NCBI GenBank assembly: GCA_965195285.1
Contig: CBDAFS010000006.1
Location: forward strand, 1-63,529
Source: an uncultured Aminicenantes bacterium
Lineage (GTDB): Bacteria > Acidobacteriota > Aminicenantia > UBA2199
Direction: 5' to 3'
Length of the DNA: 63,529 bases
The translations under genes were made by a program, and so were the position numbers. How positions within the stretch are numbered: position 1 is the stretch's first letter; every line of letters starts with the position of its first letter. Of the stretch, positions 8,871-19,280 are shown piece by piece. The notes below the pieces were generated by a model. It was not told the origin of the DNA. It searched no databases and saw nothing but the letters and a program-made list of their open reading frames with translations.

Positions 8871-9152
8871 ATGCAATTGACAAAGAAAAAATTAGTATTC
8901 CTGGGCATTTTAGGATTTATCGCCTTTATATTGTTATTTGCCGAATTTTTTCATACTGAAACCAGTCTGATAGAATCAGATGATTGTCCGATTTGCCTCT
9001 GGAAACACAATGCCATTGCCATTGATAAGGTATTTCTCTTAATTATTTCGATTATATTTATACAGATTCATCAATTGGATTTTTCAAATAAAAAAATCAG
9101 AATCAACTGGATATTTTATCAATTTAGAAACAGAGCCCCTCCTTCTGTTTAA
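8871..9152 (+). CDS. CxxC/RAPP leader protein (DUF2946/CruR/CutF-like putative arrest peptide)
   Basis: N-terminal hydrophobic segment, H..DDCPIC, second hydrophobic stretch, C-terminal RAPP; immediately upstream of a TonB receptor. Confidence 0.75.
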   Translation: MQLTKKKLVFLGILGFIAFILLFAEFFHTETSLIESDDCPICLWKHNAIAIDKVFLLIISIIFIQIHQLDFSNKKIRINWIFYQFRNRAPPSV

Positions 9153-9240
9153 AATCAAGGTAAGTTTATCTCTACCTTATCCCATGGGATTTAATCCCAA
9201 GGAAACTTGGGAAATAATTTGAAACAAACAGGAGGAAAAT

Positions 9241-11526
9241 ATGAAAAAAAAGTTAATATTCATAAATTTATTATTATTCATTTTATCGAGTTTTGTAATG
9301 TCCACTCAGGAACTGGTTAAAATTGATAAGGACAAATACAAGAAAGCCATTGAAGGCCTGGTCGTAGATGGAGATGGAAATGGAATTTTCGATGCAACTG
9401 TAGTCATTATTGAAAAAAACATTGTTACCCGAACCAGCAGAACCGGTCATTTTGTGATTGAATTCCTGGGTGGCGGGGCATTACATCTGGAAGTATCAAA
9501 GCCGGGATATCTTCCTTATTCAACCGGTTTTTTTAAAACCGGGAAAAAAGTGCTTATAAAATTCCCCAAGATTGTTATGATCAATTCCCCTCTGGAGGAA
9601 ATCGTTGTGACTGGAACGGCAACACCCAAAAAGTACCGTGAGGCCCCGGTTAAAACCGCTGTGGCCACCAAAAAGGAAATAGCGAAACAGGGAGCCCAAA
9701 ACCTGGCCGATGCACTGGAAATTTTCACCGGAGTGCGGGTGGAAAATAATTGTCAAAACTGTAATTTCACCCAGGTTCGTATCAATGGGATGGAGGGTAA
9801 GTATTCTCAGATTCTCATTAACAGCCTGCCGGTTTTTTCGGCACTGGCCGGTGTCTATGGTCTGGAACAAATCCCCTCCGGGATGGTAGAGAAAATTGAA
9901 GTGGTTAAAGGCGGAGGATCTGCGCTTTACGGCGGGAATGCAGTGGCCGGAGTGGTCAATGTCATATTAAGAGTACCGGTAAAATCAGGAAGTCAGTTCT
10001 CGTTTAGCCAGGGATTGATTAATAGTACGGAACCGGATACCCTTTTTGATTTTAGCAATGATTATGTATCGAAGGATCTGAATTCCAGAAATACCCTTTT
10101 TGCTCATTATCAGAGACGGGAGCCCATGGATTACGATGAAGACGGGTTCTCTGATCTGGGAGAATTAACCAATGTGTCATTCGGTTCTAACTTCTCCCAT
10201 TTTTTTTCATCGATCAGCGGAAAACTGAAATTGAATGCCAGCGCCATATATGAAGATCGCCGGGGTGGAAACAAATTTGATCTACCACCGCATTCTGCTG
10301 ATATAGCCGAGGCCATTCAAACCTATCGGGTAGATTTGGGTGCGGGCTGGGAGCAAATTTTCGGAAAATCTTCTGTGTTGAAACTCAACCAGGCTTATTC
10401 CTACACCAAGCGGGATTCCTATTATGGAGCGGAACAGGATCCCGATGCTTATGGATTGACCGAGAATCCGGTTTTCCATACCGATATTAAATATAATAAT
10501 TTTTCTTTGAAAAATCATAATGTGTTGGTCGGACTGAATTACAGATCTGACAAATTGAATGACAGCGCACCGGCTTATGGCCGTGTCATCGATGATACCT
10601 ACACAAACCTGGGTTTTTTCATACAGGATGAAATGTCGCTTTTAAATGAGAAAGCAAGTCTGCTTGCTGGCGTAAGGGCTGACAAACATTCTGAAGTTGG
10701 CAATATCATCTTTAGTCCCAGGGCAAGTTTTTTATATAAAGGAATCAGAAATATAACTTTTCGCGCTTCTTATTCCTCTGGTTTCAGGGCTCCCCAGGTG
10801 TTTGATGAAGATCTGCACATCACTCAGGTCGGTGGTGAGGGTATGTTGATTATCAACTCAGATGATTTAAAGGAAGAGCAGTCTCATTCCATCACCCTGG
10901 GAATTGATTTTGGCCTTCAGAAAAATGGGAAATTATATCAATTCAGTGCAGGAGGATTCTATAATCGGCTGACAGACACTTTCACCCTGAGAGAAGTTGA
11001 TGAAATTGAAAATGCCCGGGTGTTCGAACGGTTTAACAGCGGTGGTGCAAGGGTTTATGGTGTAGAGGTTGAAGCCGGTTTCATTCTGGCTGGAAAACTT
11101 GAGCTTTCCACCGGGTGGACCTTCCAGAAGAGCCAATACGATGAACCGGAACCCGACTTTGACAGCGAAGATTTTTTCAGGGCACCTGAATTATATGGAC
11201 ACTTACGTCTGGACTGGCATATTTTCAAAAATTGGGAATTAATTGCTAATCTGAACTATACCGGATCCATGAAAATTCCTCATTTTGCCGGATATATTGA
11301 GGAAGATATACTGGAAGAAAGTGATCCTTTTATGGTTATCAATTTGCATATCAATAAAAAAATCAGTTTCAACAATGGTTCGGTCATTACCCTGATCGCC
11401 TCGGTATTGAATGTCCTGGATGATTTTCAAGAGGATCTGGATAAAGGGATCTTTCGGGATGCGGGTTATGTGTATGGACCCCGGTTACCAAGAACCTTCA
11501 GAATCGGGATTAAATATAATTTTTAA
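9241..11526 (+). CDS. TonB-dependent receptor (metal/cofactor uptake)
   Basis: Signal peptide, carboxypeptidase-regulatory-like N-domain, EIVVTGT box, plug NNCQNC...IEVVKGGGSALYG, terminal YNF. Confidence 0.95.
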   Translation: MKKKLIFINLLLFILSSFVMSTQELVKIDKDKYKKAIEGLVVDGDGNGIFDATVVIIEKNIVTRTSRTGHFVIEFLGGGALHLEVSKPGYLPYSTGFFKTGKKVLIKFPKIVMINSPLEEIVVTGTATPKKYREAPVKTAVATKKEIAKQGAQNLADALEIFTGVRVENNCQNCNFTQVRINGMEGKYSQILINSLPVFSALAGVYGLEQIPSGMVEKIEVVKGGGSALYGGNAVAGVVNVILRVPVKSGSQFSFSQGLINSTEPDTLFDFSNDYVSKDLNSRNTLFAHYQRREPMDYDEDGFSDLGELTNVSFGSNFSHFFSSISGKLKLNASAIYEDRRGGNKFDLPPHSADIAEAIQTYRVDLGAGWEQIFGKSSVLKLNQAYSYTKRDSYYGAEQDPDAYGLTENPVFHTDIKYNNFSLKNHNVLVGLNYRSDKLNDSAPAYGRVIDDTYTNLGFFIQDEMSLLNEKASLLAGVRADKHSEVGNIIFSPRASFLYKGIRNITFRASYSSGFRAPQVFDEDLHITQVGGEGMLIINSDDLKEEQSHSITLGIDFGLQKNGKLYQFSAGGFYNRLTDTFTLREVDEIENARVFERFNSGGARVYGVEVEAGFILAGKLELSTGWTFQKSQYDEPEPDFDSEDFFRAPELYGHLRLDWHIFKNWELIANLNYTGSMKIPHFAGYIEEDILEESDPFMVINLHINKKISFNNGSVITLIASVLNVLDDFQEDLDKGIFRDAGYVYGPRLPRTFRIGIKYNF

Positions 11527-11570
11527 ATATATTGTAACAAGCCTATAATCGGGTATTTGGAATTATTTTT

Positions 11571-13160
11571 TTAATATATTGTGGGTTGTAAAAAATCCGA
11601 AGCACTTTTGCCACTCAACATATCGGTTACCTGAAGAATAATGTCATACCTGCCCTTTTTCATCCAGGGGAACTTGATTGAAATGGAAAAAAAATCCTGC
11701 TGCGTGGTTATGGTTTTCACCTTATTATAACAGATCCGATTATGGGGATCTTGAATCTGAATCTTTATCTTGACATGACCGTTGTTAATTTTATTCTGTT
11801 CTTTTTGCAGGTAGTTTTCAATAATGAAGGACAGGGCATTTTTTTCAAATGTCATTGATTTTATGTATATATCAGGTATTTCCAATTTTTTTCGCTTCAG
11901 GTAAGCCATGATGTAATCGGCTCTCATCTGGTCATCGTAAATGATCCGGTAGTTTTTATTTTTTACTTCGACTTTTACCTTACCGACTTTTTGAGGGTTT
12001 CGAGGCACATAGGTTAATATATAATAAATATCCTCTTTATCCTCAATATTGTCGAGTGCTTTTTCCAGATTTCCAGTTGCCTCCAGACTGCCGCCGGTCC
12101 GTTTGGTGATTTCTCTCAGACTGCTCTCAATTTCAGTGGATATCCTTTTGTACTGAAGGTCCTGGTGGAGTAAATCATGGTTGACGAAAATGAGGATGGC
12201 ATGGAAGGTGGCGTTTACCTTGTAAAACAACTTACTGATTTCATCTCCGGGGAAGCTTTTGGTGGTATGAAGGGCGCTGTCAATATCACGGAGGAGTGCG
12301 GAAATGGTTTTGGCCTTGACATTGTCTTCCGGCCTGAAGCTGGATTGCATAGCCCCGACCAGGTCCCTGACTTGTTCCATTAATTGTCCGGTTATGCTCA
12401 GTTTGGGAAACATTTCGATCTGATAAAAATTGATCACCCATTTTTCCTTTTTGATTTTTTCCAGGTGTTGTGAAAAATAGTAATACCGGTCAACATCGGG
12501 AGTCAGATAATTGCGGCTGTAATCGTTCCATATCAGAAGGTATTTCCGGAGAAAACGGATGATTTCATCCGGCAGATGATAATCACCCCTCCCTAACAGT
12601 GATTGGATTCTGGATAGACTCAATTCATCTTCCACTTTTTTCAAATACTTTAATAATCGAACCCTGGCTTTTTTGCTTTCCTCCTTCATGGCTTTCATGA
12701 GTATTTCCCGGGCGCTTTTCATATTTGACAGACTTTTAAAAAATATGCTCTTGTTGTTGATAAAAACCATCAGCTGATCGTTTTCCATCAATAGTTTGTT
12801 AAATACATAATCAAGCCCTTTTTGTAATTGTTCATTAAATTTGGTGATGCGAAAAACCAGAACAAAGTAACGGGATTTTAAAATTGGTTCCCCTTTTTCA
12901 ATTGTTGCTGGTTGATCCTGCAGACTGATTTTTTTTCTCTTGAGATAAAACCCGTTAATTTCCTGTTCCTCTCCGCCTTCATATAATTTAAAATCACTTT
13001 TTTTCAGATGATCAACCGCTTCTCCCTTTAAAAATACCCGTACCGGGACTTCGACATTGACCACTGAAACGGTTTCGGTTGTGGTGATTTCATCTTCCTG
13101 AGACTGAACCTGAAAGGAAAGTAAAAATATGATAAAGAGAATCAAGAGAGTTTTACCCAT
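11571..13160 (-). CDS. secreted VWA-related hypothetical protein
   Basis: Signal peptide; VVNVEVPVRV..DFKLYE, TGG, YYILTY motifs typical of acidobacterial VWA-related proteins; paralogue of the next gene. Confidence 0.7.
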   Translation of the reverse strand: MGKTLLILFIIFLLSFQVQSQEDEITTTETVSVVNVEVPVRVFLKGEAVDHLKKSDFKLYEGGEEQEINGFYLKRKKISLQDQPATIEKGEPILKSRYFVLVFRITKFNEQLQKGLDYVFNKLLMENDQLMVFINNKSIFFKSLSNMKSAREILMKAMKEESKKARVRLLKYLKKVEDELSLSRIQSLLGRGDYHLPDEIIRFLRKYLLIWNDYSRNYLTPDVDRYYYFSQHLEKIKKEKWVINFYQIEMFPKLSITGQLMEQVRDLVGAMQSSFRPEDNVKAKTISALLRDIDSALHTTKSFPGDEISKLFYKVNATFHAILIFVNHDLLHQDLQYKRISTEIESSLREITKRTGGSLEATGNLEKALDNIEDKEDIYYILTYVPRNPQKVGKVKVEVKNKNYRIIYDDQMRADYIMAYLKRKKLEIPDIYIKSMTFEKNALSFIIENYLQKEQNKINNGHVKIKIQIQDPHNRICYNKVKTITTQQDFFSISIKFPWMKKGRYDIILQVTDMLSGKSASDFLQPTIY

Positions 13161-13241
13161 TCATTCACCTCGACTTCTTATACTCACAGGCGGGTTTGAA
13201 AGTTAGGTTGATATTTAAATTAAACTCTCATCCCTTTAATT

Positions 13242-14834
13242 TTACATGTTTATCTGAATGATATCGCTGTCGGTTTTCTGGGTGAAGAGGTCTTTCACGT
13301 CAATAACAATATCATATTTACCCTTGCCGATTCCGCCAAAATTCAGGGACAGGCTGATCTCTTTCTGTTTGGCGTTTAAATCTTTGCTCTGGTCAAAAAC
13401 AGTGATGTCCTGTCTGTTTTTGATACGAATCCGGATATTGAGTTTGCCTCCGAGATCGTTTTTCATATAGAAATCGGTCAGAGTCAGGGTAAGTGTTTTA
13501 TCTTTAAATGAAGCTTTTTTAATCTTGACCGGGGGCCCTTCAACCACTTTAAGCTTTGTTTCCTGTGGTAATAGACCGGTCCTGAGGGACTCATCATATA
13601 AAACCTTATGCCTTCTTTTATTTACTTTAACCTTGATCTTCCCGAGTTCATCCGGGTTTTCCGGTGCATAGGTGAGCAGATAATAGATATCTTGCTCCTT
13701 ACTGATGGCGTCCAATGCCAGGTCAACTTTTTTAGAATTAACCAGTATACCCCCGCTTTGCTTGCATACTTCATTCAGGTTTGCTTCCATGTCATTGGCC
13801 ATCCGGATATAATCGGTATCCTGTACCAGGGAGGGAATGTTGGTCCGAATAAATATCGAATGATGAATGGCATTTACCCTGGAGAAAATCCGGCTGACTT
13901 CTTCGGAAGGGAAATCATTGGATACTTTCTGGGCACGGTCAATTTCAGTGAGCAGCTTATTGATTAGTCTGGAAAAAATCACAAGTTCCTGTCTGACGCT
14001 GATTTGCCATCCGGCGATCAGAGTTCGCAGGATTCTTCGTATATCAGTGGACAGGATAATCCTGGGAAACAATTCCATCTGATAAAAGTTGATCACCCAT
14101 TTTTCCCTGTTGATTTTTTCCAAAAGTCTGGAAAATTGATAGTATTGCTCAATATCCGGAACCAGATACCTGGTCTTGTAGTCATTCCAGATCATTAAAT
14201 ACCTGGTTAAAAAATCCTTGATTACATAGTGTGTGGATTCCCCTCCTCTTTCAGAACTTCCGCTTCGTCTAATTTCGGTTTCAAATTTGGCCATGTTCAA
14301 TTCCTGCTCAATCTGTTTGATATACTGAAACATCGAAAGTCGGTCATAGTGACTTTCCTTTTTTATCATTTTTTCGATGTCTTCCCGGACCAGATTTTTT
14401 TCTTCCAGATTGTAAAATGCCTGGGTTTTTTTATTGACAATCACCAGAAGTTGGTCTGATTCACTGATAATTTCATTGAAGAGATAATCCAGTCCCTTTT
14501 TAAAATCATCATTGTAGTCAGTGGTTTGAAAGATCAGCACAAAGTAGCGTCCCGCCAGGGTCTGGTACTGGCCGGACTCAGGCCGGATGGTCAGGGTTCC
14601 GATCTTTTTTCTTTTGATGAAGAATCCGTTTATAGTCTGGAGTTTTTTCCCCTCAAATATTTTAAAGTCATCTTTGGTGAGATTATCGACAGGCCTTCCT
14701 TTGTAATGCACCCGAACCGGAACCTCAACATTGACCACATCAATCTTTTCTTTGACTGGCTGGTCCTGTTGTGAATCCAGTACGGGAAAAAGCAGGAGTA
14801 GAATGATGAAGATGAATGCCATTTTATTACTCAT
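13242..14834 (-). CDS. secreted VWA-related hypothetical protein (paralogue)
   Basis: Shares VNVEVPVRV, EKWVINFYQ.E.FP and YYLLTY with 11571..13160. Confidence 0.7.
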   Translation of the reverse strand: MSNKMAFIFIILLLLFPVLDSQQDQPVKEKIDVVNVEVPVRVHYKGRPVDNLTKDDFKIFEGKKLQTINGFFIKRKKIGTLTIRPESGQYQTLAGRYFVLIFQTTDYNDDFKKGLDYLFNEIISESDQLLVIVNKKTQAFYNLEEKNLVREDIEKMIKKESHYDRLSMFQYIKQIEQELNMAKFETEIRRSGSSERGGESTHYVIKDFLTRYLMIWNDYKTRYLVPDIEQYYQFSRLLEKINREKWVINFYQMELFPRIILSTDIRRILRTLIAGWQISVRQELVIFSRLINKLLTEIDRAQKVSNDFPSEEVSRIFSRVNAIHHSIFIRTNIPSLVQDTDYIRMANDMEANLNEVCKQSGGILVNSKKVDLALDAISKEQDIYYLLTYAPENPDELGKIKVKVNKRRHKVLYDESLRTGLLPQETKLKVVEGPPVKIKKASFKDKTLTLTLTDFYMKNDLGGKLNIRIRIKNRQDITVFDQSKDLNAKQKEISLSLNFGGIGKGKYDIVIDVKDLFTQKTDSDIIQINM

Positions 14835-14864
14835 GATGCCTCCTCTTGGTTAATGCCGATTTTA

Positions 14865-16019
14865 TTAATAGTAATATCCCTTAATGGTTCGAATTTTATA
14901 TCTTTTCTTTCCCTTCACACTGACGGTTATCTTGCGAAACCTTTTCAGTTTGCCTTTCTTTTGGGGTTTGAATTGAAGTATATATTTGGCTTTTATATCT
15001 CTGCGGATCTCACGATAGATGGAGGGGATATCGCTAATGTCATCGAAAAGGAAGGTAATCCCACCTGAAGATACAGAAATGTTTTTTAAGATATCCTGAT
15101 AGCGGATGTCATCATAAAAAGAGGTTCTCTTTCCAATCGAATAGATCACGGAATTTGACCGTTCCACTCTTTTGATCAGGGTAAAGGGGTCAATGTAAGA
15201 ACTGTTGTCTTCGCCATCCGAAAAGAGGATGATGATATTCCGACCGGGAACCCCTTTCAGTAGCTTTGTGCAGTAGGCGACGGCATCATAAAGGGCTGTT
15301 GCTCCGAAGGGAAAGGCAATGGATAATGAATTGATGAGTTCATCGATATTGTTGGTAAAATCAGTATCCTCAAAGACCTCATGATTGAACATCACGATAA
15401 TGGCTTTGTCTTTTTTGGTAATCAAGGCTTCCAAAAAGATTTTGGCTGCATCCTTGACATCACCGATTTTATCCTTCATTGAGGAACTGATGTCCATTAG
15501 AAGTACCAGATTAAATTTGGTTTTTCCTTTTTTATCAAAATAAGTGATCTTTTTATCAACGCCCTCTTCGGTGATGATAAAATCATCCAAATTCAGGTCC
15601 TTGATATAATACCCATTCTGGTCGGTCACCACGACCGGAACCACTACCTGGGCAACATCAACCATGCGGGCATCGTCAAATTGATAAGAATTTATTTCGC
15701 TTTCCAGTATGACAATCTTGTGTATATCCTTTACCAGCAGCTTTAAGGTCCGGTTCTTGGGAATTTGACCGAAATCATAGTCTATAACATAAGGGGGAGC
15801 AGAAAGGTCTTTTAGAAATTTACCATCCAGGTAGATTTCCACGGAGCGAATCTTTTTCGGATCAATGTCCCTGAATTTAACTTCAATTTTCCTTTTACCG
15901 ACCCAAATGTCATCATTCAGCGGTGAAGCAAACCAGACTCTGGGGGTTTCCGAGAAAATAACCTGAAATCCAAAAAGAATTATCAATAAAAACCAACCTG
16001 TTTGTTTTAAACGGATCAT
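14865..16019 (-). CDS. VWA domain protein with N-terminal Ig-like domain
   Basis: MIDAS DISSS, GATALYDA, LFSDGED; signal peptide. Confidence 0.85.
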   Translation of the reverse strand: MIRLKQTGWFLLIILFGFQVIFSETPRVWFASPLNDDIWVGKRKIEVKFRDIDPKKIRSVEIYLDGKFLKDLSAPPYVIDYDFGQIPKNRTLKLLVKDIHKIVILESEINSYQFDDARMVDVAQVVVPVVVTDQNGYYIKDLNLDDFIITEEGVDKKITYFDKKGKTKFNLVLLMDISSSMKDKIGDVKDAAKIFLEALITKKDKAIIVMFNHEVFEDTDFTNNIDELINSLSIAFPFGATALYDAVAYCTKLLKGVPGRNIIILFSDGEDNSSYIDPFTLIKRVERSNSVIYSIGKRTSFYDDIRYQDILKNISVSSGGITFLFDDISDIPSIYREIRRDIKAKYILQFKPQKKGKLKRFRKITVSVKGKKRYKIRTIKGYYY

Positions 16020-19000
16020 TTTAACCTCACGTGACCTTTTTCTTGGAGTTTTTTTAGAATTTTTGTTAGGTGTGAATTGTTTAGAATATCAAAAATAAAG
16101 TATGTACTGAAATAATCTTTTATATAGTTCTGGGAAAAATATTTCCTGCATACATTGTACAGGTAATGATACAAGAATTGTCCCAAAAGTCTGGGAGGTA
16201 ACATTTTTTTATGGGAATGATAGGCAGCTTTGATTTTGAATTCATTAATCATTTCTCCTCCGGTCCAGTTGTTATCATAAAGGTTGGAGATTTCCTGGGG
16301 GAAAAGTTGATATTTTTGGGGTCTTAGGTTGCCAAAAGTGTGGTAATATACACCACCGAAATAATCAATTTCTTCTTGAACGCTTTTACTCAGATGGGTC
16401 TTTGTCAGTATGCCCAATTTATCGAAGGCAGAAAATTCTTTAAGGTATTTGTTTTTTCCCAGAAAGTTTTCTCCGAGCCTGAAAATTTCAGTGAAAAATA
16501 GGTAATACTCGTTGCTCTTATCATTGAGAAAATCGATTATTTTCCGATAGTGATAACCGGTGGTTATACTTTTAATTTCCTGGATGACCTCTTGATTGAT
16601 CTGGGTATTGTTTTTGGCCTTTTGAATGAGCTCCAATCCGAATTCAGTCAAAAGACCAATATATGATTGGCTGTTGGAGATAAGGGGAACCGGGTAAAAT
16701 TCAAGAATATTAAGAATAACCGATTGAATCTGCTTCTTGTCGTATATGATGTTCCTACTGAAAAGATGATCCTTCCAGCTTTGAGAAAACAAGATGTTGA
16801 GTCTTGAAAGTCCTCCCTGAAAGTAAAATCCCGAAAAGCGGTTTTTTATGGTGGGGGTTTTACAGTAATTCCAGGGTGTATACTCCTTGGTTTCTTCGAA
16901 ATCATGAAGGCGGGTAAAATTGGGATTTAAAAAGATTCTTAACCGTTCATTTTTGGCATTGAGGGCATAGGTCAGGGCCAGGAGATAATCCTGTAATTGG
17001 TGGATTAAATAATCGGATTTCAGTTTGGCAATGATGTTATTGATTTCCGTTGAAGGTGCTTTGGACTCCAATTTTAAAGCCAGATTTTGGACATCTCTTT
17101 CCAGATCTTCTCTAACATATTTTTTAATCCGGGAAATAATAAATCTGGGGGCATCATCACTGATGTCGGGATGGGGCAGTTGATTGAAGGCCTCAACTAG
17201 CTGAATTTTATAGGCGGGAATATTCAGCTTGTCCCCTTGTTCTGCTCTTTTCAATATTTGTTTCACTTCAATCAGGGTTGAGAGAGGGCAAACCTCTTGT
17301 GACTGAAGAATGTCATTGATGGTGGTTCTGGTACTGTCTTGAATCATGAATTTGTGTTGTCGGTTATTTATCTGAATGTACTGGTTGGGTATACCCTTTA
17401 AAATACTGGAAATCATGGCGTTGTCAATGGTATTCCGGTTGGGGTAGATGTTCATCTGGGTTTTGAAGAAATCAAAAATTTGATCGAAGCATTGTGATTT
17501 ATCAAGCGGAATCTTTATCAATTTATCGATTATCGTATCATAGTCCAGAAGATGGGAAGCGTATTTGGCCTGATAAGAGAGAATTTCGAACAGGGATTGG
17601 AAAATCGCTGTGAAAAGGATTCGGTCTTTCCGATTCTGCTTATCAAGCCGGATTACCCAGTCAATTATTTGACTGACCAGCTGGGGGTTTTTTACAGGGA
17701 TTTTTTCAATAAAATCTATTAGTATATTGTAATCCTGATAGTGTTCAAATAATTTGTGTATATTATCATCTGTCATAATTTCCGGTCGATGGTGAAACTT
17801 GGAATACAGAGAGATGAATTTTTGCAGGGAAGTCAACTCTTTTTTGTTGCTTGAATTCTCCAGTAAAGCCTTATACAGATGGAACAGTTCCGGTTTGTCG
17901 GTATCTGGCCTGGAAGCAGGTATAGGTCGACCACTGATTGTATCAATCCAGGATTCAAGTTTACCGGGAAAGGTCACTTTTCCATCCTTTACTTTCAATG
18001 CGTAAAGCAGGGTGAAAAAGTTAAAATTACCCAGTCTGGGGAATCTGGAGGTCTGCAGCTTTCCCTTTTTGCCAAGGGAAATTTTGTCTAAGATGGTTTG
18101 CATTTTTTCTGAATTAAAATCCAAAAGCAGGATTTTCCGGCTAGATTCCGGCAGGAAGAATGAGAAAACATAGAGATAGTTGAGTTTCCCATCCTGTTTG
18201 GTGGCAATTCCCTTGATAAATCCAAACGGGTCATGGGAAAGATCACTGCCACATAGTTGGGACCAGAAAGAGGCGGCTTCATCACCACCGGGCAAAATCA
18301 ATTTGTTATCATTGCTGCGTAAGGCATGGGATAATAGATACATCCCCATCAGCAATTTCTTGTCCTGGTATATCTGCTTCCAGGCCTGGGATTGAGGGGC
18401 GAGAGAATTGATATAGTTGATCTCATCTTCTGAAAAGCGATATAAAACCGCCATCAACAGAGAGAATCGTTCATTCATTAAGAGATATTCAAAAAAGGAA
18501 TGGGCATTGATTTCCAGGCCGGTGATGGTTTTCAGAAACTTAAAATCCCAGGGTATCTGAGTGGTTGATCCACTCAACCTGAAGTAGAGACGCTTGGTTT
18601 GGTTGATTTGCCTCTCCATCTTCTCGATGTCGATCCGAGAAAAACGATAATAATCGATGATTCCGGTTGACGCATCAATCATGATTTTATACTGACCGTT
18701 TTCCTCCTTTCTCAATTCCAGGCCCAGGAATCCCATTAACCGGATAGCCTGTTTCATCCCCTCATCCTGGCTGATATCAATGGTCATATGGGGTTTGCCA
18801 TCGGTGGTTTTTTTTCGGACGATCTGTCTTAGTTTTTTATGAATCATGGTGACATTCAGAAGTTTTCTTCTGATACCGGAGTCGAACAACTCTTCATTCG
18901 GGGGGTCTGAAAATAACAACCGGTCGTTCAGATAGTAAATGAAGTCGTTATCGGGCAGGTTATAGAAAAAATCCGTATAGTAGCAAATGTGATGAATATT

Positions 19001-19096
19001 TCCCGGCAGGATGATGGTCTTATCGGCCATCAAATGAATACTGAATATTGAAAGCAGAAAAATAAGGATGCATTTCTTGATGGGTCTAACCTTCAT
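16016..19096 (-). CDS. large secreted helical hypothetical protein
   Basis: 1026-aa ORF with signal peptide; 4-bp overlap with the VWA gene. Confidence 0.75.
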   Translation of the reverse strand: MKVRPIKKCILIFLLSIFSIHLMADKTIILPGNIHHICYYTDFFYNLPDNDFIYYLNDRLLFSDPPNEELFDSGIRRKLLNVTMIHKKLRQIVRKKTTDGKPHMTIDISQDEGMKQAIRLMGFLGLELRKEENGQYKIMIDASTGIIDYYRFSRIDIEKMERQINQTKRLYFRLSGSTTQIPWDFKFLKTITGLEINAHSFFEYLLMNERFSLLMAVLYRFSEDEINYINSLAPQSQAWKQIYQDKKLLMGMYLLSHALRSNDNKLILPGGDEAASFWSQLCGSDLSHDPFGFIKGIATKQDGKLNYLYVFSFFLPESSRKILLLDFNSEKMQTILDKISLGKKGKLQTSRFPRLGNFNFFTLLYALKVKDGKVTFPGKLESWIDTISGRPIPASRPDTDKPELFHLYKALLENSSNKKELTSLQKFISLYSKFHHRPEIMTDDNIHKLFEHYQDYNILIDFIEKIPVKNPQLVSQIIDWVIRLDKQNRKDRILFTAIFQSLFEILSYQAKYASHLLDYDTIIDKLIKIPLDKSQCFDQIFDFFKTQMNIYPNRNTIDNAMISSILKGIPNQYIQINNRQHKFMIQDSTRTTINDILQSQEVCPLSTLIEVKQILKRAEQGDKLNIPAYKIQLVEAFNQLPHPDISDDAPRFIISRIKKYVREDLERDVQNLALKLESKAPSTEINNIIAKLKSDYLIHQLQDYLLALTYALNAKNERLRIFLNPNFTRLHDFEETKEYTPWNYCKTPTIKNRFSGFYFQGGLSRLNILFSQSWKDHLFSRNIIYDKKQIQSVILNILEFYPVPLISNSQSYIGLLTEFGLELIQKAKNNTQINQEVIQEIKSITTGYHYRKIIDFLNDKSNEYYLFFTEIFRLGENFLGKNKYLKEFSAFDKLGILTKTHLSKSVQEEIDYFGGVYYHTFGNLRPQKYQLFPQEISNLYDNNWTGGEMINEFKIKAAYHSHKKMLPPRLLGQFLYHYLYNVCRKYFSQNYIKDYFSTYFIFDILNNSHLTKILKKLQEKGHVRLK

Positions 19097-19162
19097 AGTT
19101 GATCTCCGTTTAAAATGAAATTTGTTCTGATATTATTCTTTGCATGATTGGGCATGTAATAT

Positions 19163-19191
19163 ATACGGTTCATAAAGCCGGAATCGGATAA
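19163..19191 (-). promoter_or_regulatory. candidate ECF-type promoter TTATCC-N18-CGTAT
   Basis: Same motif and spacing found at 20636-20664; a sigma70-like TTGACA-16-TATGAT also lies at 19234-19261. Confidence 0.5.
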
Positions 19192-19280
19192 ACCATTTTT
19201 TTTCAGTTGCGGATTATGTTTACCAAAGTATGTATCATAATGATTCAGGTCCTGATGTCAACAATGAACGGCAAAATTAT

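Noticed and set aside
13161-13241. Third copy of the ECF-like promoter upstream of 13160
   Set aside because: Only a loose AACC/AACT...AGTAT match with different spacing
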